Origin: Leptogorgia sarmentosa
Taxonomy: Eukaryota
Reading direction: 5' to 3'
Assembly (NCBI GenBank): GCA_964658305.1
Contig: OZ210884.1
Span: 3,968,001-4,032,000, forward strand
Length of the DNA stretch: 64,000 bases
Shown piece after piece: positions 60,334-64,000 of the stretch. Numbering within the stretch: the stretch's first letter is position 1; each line of letters opens with the position of its first letter. A program made the translations under genes and the position numbers. The notes under the pieces were generated by a model. That model saw nothing but the letters and a program-made list of their open reading frames with translations. It searched no databases and was not told where the DNA came from.

Positions 60334-61672
60334 TGGAATACAAGTGAAGCTGTAATTAGAATTTAGGTTTAAGAACATAAACGATAGATTTCAATTACAG
60401 TCGCAAACAGCTGAGACCACATTCGAAACATCCAATTATGCTGCGATAAACAGTGTTAGAATATACAGAATATAGTATGCACTGAAAGCAAACAGAAAAT
60501 CATGAATATAAATTGGAGTGACACTAAAATTAACTACGTTTGTTCATATTTGTTTGCGAATGATAATTGCAAGTCTCTGTTCACATTATAGTTACTAGGT
60601 GAAAACGTTTCGTAATTTTCGTTTCCTTCATAATTAATCTCCTATATTTGAGAAATGAAGCATATGTGCTACATTCCCAAGAAATACATGTAGCTATTAA
60701 CAACACAAGTTAAGACTATAGAAATGAAAAAAAATTCAAAATTCCTGACTGTATCATATTTTTTTAATCAAAGTCAAACGTCTATATTATGAAATGTTGA
60801 GGTAATGAAATTTCGATTAATGTACGTTTCTTGTCCTCTAATCACAGCATCGTGAAAATCCTCTCGTTATATAATTTCCCGTTCGACATATGAAGCACGA
60901 AAAATGTTTCTTTTCATGTGCTACATCAGTTTTAAGAAATGTACGTAGCTATACGACTTAAGTCTAGAATTCAAAAATGTTTTACATATATCATGACATT
61001 TTGACGTCATGAAATATCAACCAATGTTTTTTCAGTGTCGTTGAATCACAGCAGATTTACCTACAGATAGTAGATCCGCTTGCGTGGGTGAAAACCCATA
61101 ATGTCATCCCTGAAGTCATCGTTAAAGAGCATTGTAAAATTAGTATAATTAAGACAGTCAAATTTGAATGAAAAATGCTCTAAGCTGGGAAAATGTAACC
61201 GTGTAATAAACGTTTATATATTCATTGCGCATGCAAAGTTATTTTCTCGATGGCGGTAGCTATTGATTTTTCTTGGGTAATTGATGAGCATGCAAAATTT
61301 TGAGTCTAAACTTTCAATGGCAATTTACTAGGTAAACTTTCGGATGCTCTTCAACGTTGTTGTGGTGAATCTCTCTATAATTGCGATTGAATTCTAAATT
61401 TTGCCTAAATTTAATCCCCATTTTATTTTCTGTAGCCAAACGTTTATTTGTTGTTTTCGATAGTAATTTGTGTTACCTTGAAATTTTTCGTATTTTGCTT
61501 TTATTACCGACATTTTAAAAATCCCGTGACTTATATAAGAAGCATTATATGTCGTGAGTAAGCATTCAGAATGCGTCACTGTAGTTATATTATGTGAAAA
61601 TCAATCTTAATATAAATTTGCTTGATGAACGTTATTCACAGAAAGTGAAAAATGGAACAGAATAAATTTTAA

Positions 61673-62041
61673 GATGAAGATTTTCTGTAGTCACATATTT
61701 CGCGCTCAAAACTGAAATTCAAATATAAATTTCAAATTTGGATGTTTCTCAGTCGGCAGACTCACTTATAAAGCTTGATGGATTCATATATATTAATGAT
61801 ATGGGTACGCCAAAGTGAAAATTTATTGTTGAAACCAAGGCTTCATTTATGTTGCGCACTGGTTATATATACGAACATTGATATATTCATAATTTTCAAT
61901 ATATTAAATATATTCCTTAAAGTTTCTCGATACCCAGACATCGTTACGAAGGTGAAAACTTGATTTTAGAGGTTTGCCAAAAAGATTTCGGATTTTGAAC
62001 ACATTTCGTCAAAAATACGCGACATTGAAAAAATTATCCTC
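61673..62041. mobile_element. Kolobok-like MITE family A, copy 4 (TTAA TSD)
   Basis: TTAA|GATGAAGATTTTC ... AAAATTATCCTC|TTAA, with internal deletions relative to copy 1. Confidence 0.8.
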
Positions 62042-64000
62042 TTAATAAGATGGACTGAGCTTTTCACCTGGGGTAATCTATATCACTAAAGCGAAGTGAT
62101 TAGGTTTCCTTAAACAATCAAGTAACGCATACGTTTATTTACATTTTAATCAATAAATTTGAATTTCAATTTGCATTATGTAGCTACCATCATAATTGTA
62201 TATGGGTTACCAATAATTTCAAAAAACAAAAAATATAAATGATATTCTAATTAAGCATATATATATTCTTTTGAAGTCAAAGACAGGGATAATAGTTGTA
62301 GATAAATTCTATTTGTCACTTTTCGTCTTTATTCCAGTCTTGTTCAGACCTTAGCAAAATATCAGAAATAACATATAGATATGCATTGCTTTGGACAAAC
62401 TAATTATTCATTTGGTTCATAGATGATTTTGGCAACTAAGAGAACTACAATGAAACAATTTCTTTTATTGATAAGTAAATTAAACCAAATGGCGCAATAT
62501 TAACCGAAAACCTTTAAACTTGTAAAAAATATCCTTGTAGAAGCGACGTTGGACATTGTGCATGCACACATTTAACTTCTTTGTTGTCTATCGATCAATA
62601 ACTACGAAATAATGCATTTCGCGCCATCTATTCCTTCGCCAATTTTTAGTTTCGTGATGGTCGTATCGTATGGAACAGAAGCGTTATAATTGCTGCCGAC
62701 CGAAGGGAGGCAGCATACTATTCTTGCGGTGGTAACTCGTGCCCAGACCTTTCTCGGAGTTATGTATATTAGTCGTCCAAAATCGAGATTTGTTTCGTGA
62801 CGTAGGCAATTTTATGACGTAAATCGAGAGATCAGCGGGTACTGGATAGACCAACTCATGAGGACTATTTTTGGAAGTTTTCGAAATTCCTAGCTGTTCG
62901 AAGTTTTGCTGCGATCTTCATAAATCATAATTGTCGTAGTTGGCCGACATTGCCATCGCAATTCGTAAATAGCGGGCAAACTCAGATGTGTAACACAGTA
63001 GAACTCGTCACAACAAGATAGCCATAATTTTAAATCGGTTGATGATAGGCAACATATTTGCGTGCTTTCGCATTTTATAGCTTTCGTGTTTGTTTTCGCC
63101 ATCTCCGACTCTTCGTCGCCTCGCGGTATTGCCATTCATTTACTAATGTACTCCTGATGCAAAAGAATAATTTACTACAATTAAACTCAGCCGGTTGCTC
63201 CTTGTTGCTTTGTAATGCGACTATATGACTCGACAACACTGGTATGAAAAGAGTCGACGGCATCACTAAGCTACGGGAGATACCGGGGATTTACAGAATT
63301 TTCGATACTAAAAGAACTAAACCACATATAGGCATACAAAAGTAAATCCAACGTTGGCCTGATACTGTAAGTAAACTGGATATTTTATTACGACGCAGAA
63401 GTAGCGCGCACTTTATGATTTAACTCATTTAAGATCATTTGTTCAGCACGATGTATATATTATAATTTTAAAATAAAAATTGCGCACGTGATACGACAAT
63501 AAAATAGTGATTACTTTCTCGTATCACGTGCGCAATGTTTCCTTAGTTTTCTTTTAAAAAATATGATTTTAGTGTTAATATAAAACTGTTTGCTTCCGGT
63601 GATTCTGATGAGTTTGCTGTTGACGCGTTTGGCAAGGGCGCTGCGTGCGAAAAACCTAAGCGAGGTCGGGCCACTGAGCCACAGATTAAGACTCTTAATC
63701 TGTGACTGAGCTAAAGAATTACAGTCTTTCTTTAACTCAGTGGGTCTGGCATCGTTTTGTTTTTGTTGAAAGACCACTTACTTTCCTAAAAAATTCCAAA
63801 GACGTTCTTTGATTTTTTTCTCACTCTCTCGAATTGTTTTTAGTGGTTAGGGTTAGGATGCTACGGTTAGGGTTAGATTTATGGTTTGGGACTTGTTTAT
63901 TTTGTGAAAATTACGTGCCAATGTAAGTGGGTGCTTCAGTGGATACGGCAGCACTTTCCTTGCGATAGTAACTCCTAGTATAGAAACTAGATTGAGGCAA

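Noticed and set aside
62890..63266. Overlapping short minus-strand ORFs in a more GC-balanced stretch
   Set aside because: No recognisable domain and no splice-consistent model, so a gene call cannot be supported.
63845..63890. Telomeric TTAGGG-like repeats (also ~51175-51223, ~34733-34768, ~57194-57214)
   Set aside because: Only two to four degenerate units, typical of repeat-element interiors and not a telomere or fusion site.

Overview
AT-rich, intron-containing eukaryotic DNA, most likely from a cnidarian or similar marine invertebrate (inferred from the gene architecture and transposon content). Three spliced protein-coding genes can be rebuilt by hand with GT-AG junctions and consistent phases. 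(1) A 4-exon secreted ~261-aa protein with a fibrinogen-like YCDMxxxGGGW module and an unrecognised Cys-rich C-terminus (9799-11225 +), followed by two broken paralogue remnants. (2) The 5-exon vesicle-transport gene GOT1/GOLT1B (16508-19066 +, 140 aa). (3) A 38-coding-exon, ~2634-aa SVEP1/polydom-like extracellular protein (60333-20510 -) with vWA, ephrin-receptor-like, CCP, HYR, EGF, pentraxin, PAN, F5/8 and CUB domains. Introns and intergenic DNA hold a decayed CR1/L2-group LINE and many non-autonomous DNA elements with recognisable TIRs/TSDs (PIF/Harbinger, ISL2EU-like, hAT, Kolobok-like, Tc1/mariner-like). The most curious non-coding items are a 148-bp TSD-flanked insert with a hammerhead-like core inside a 28-bp inverted repeat, long hairpin elements sharing a covarying C-GAA-G triloop, and a long-TIR element carrying a tRNA-like Pol III cassette. 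No rRNA, intact tRNA or CRISPR array was found. All coordinates were read by eye.
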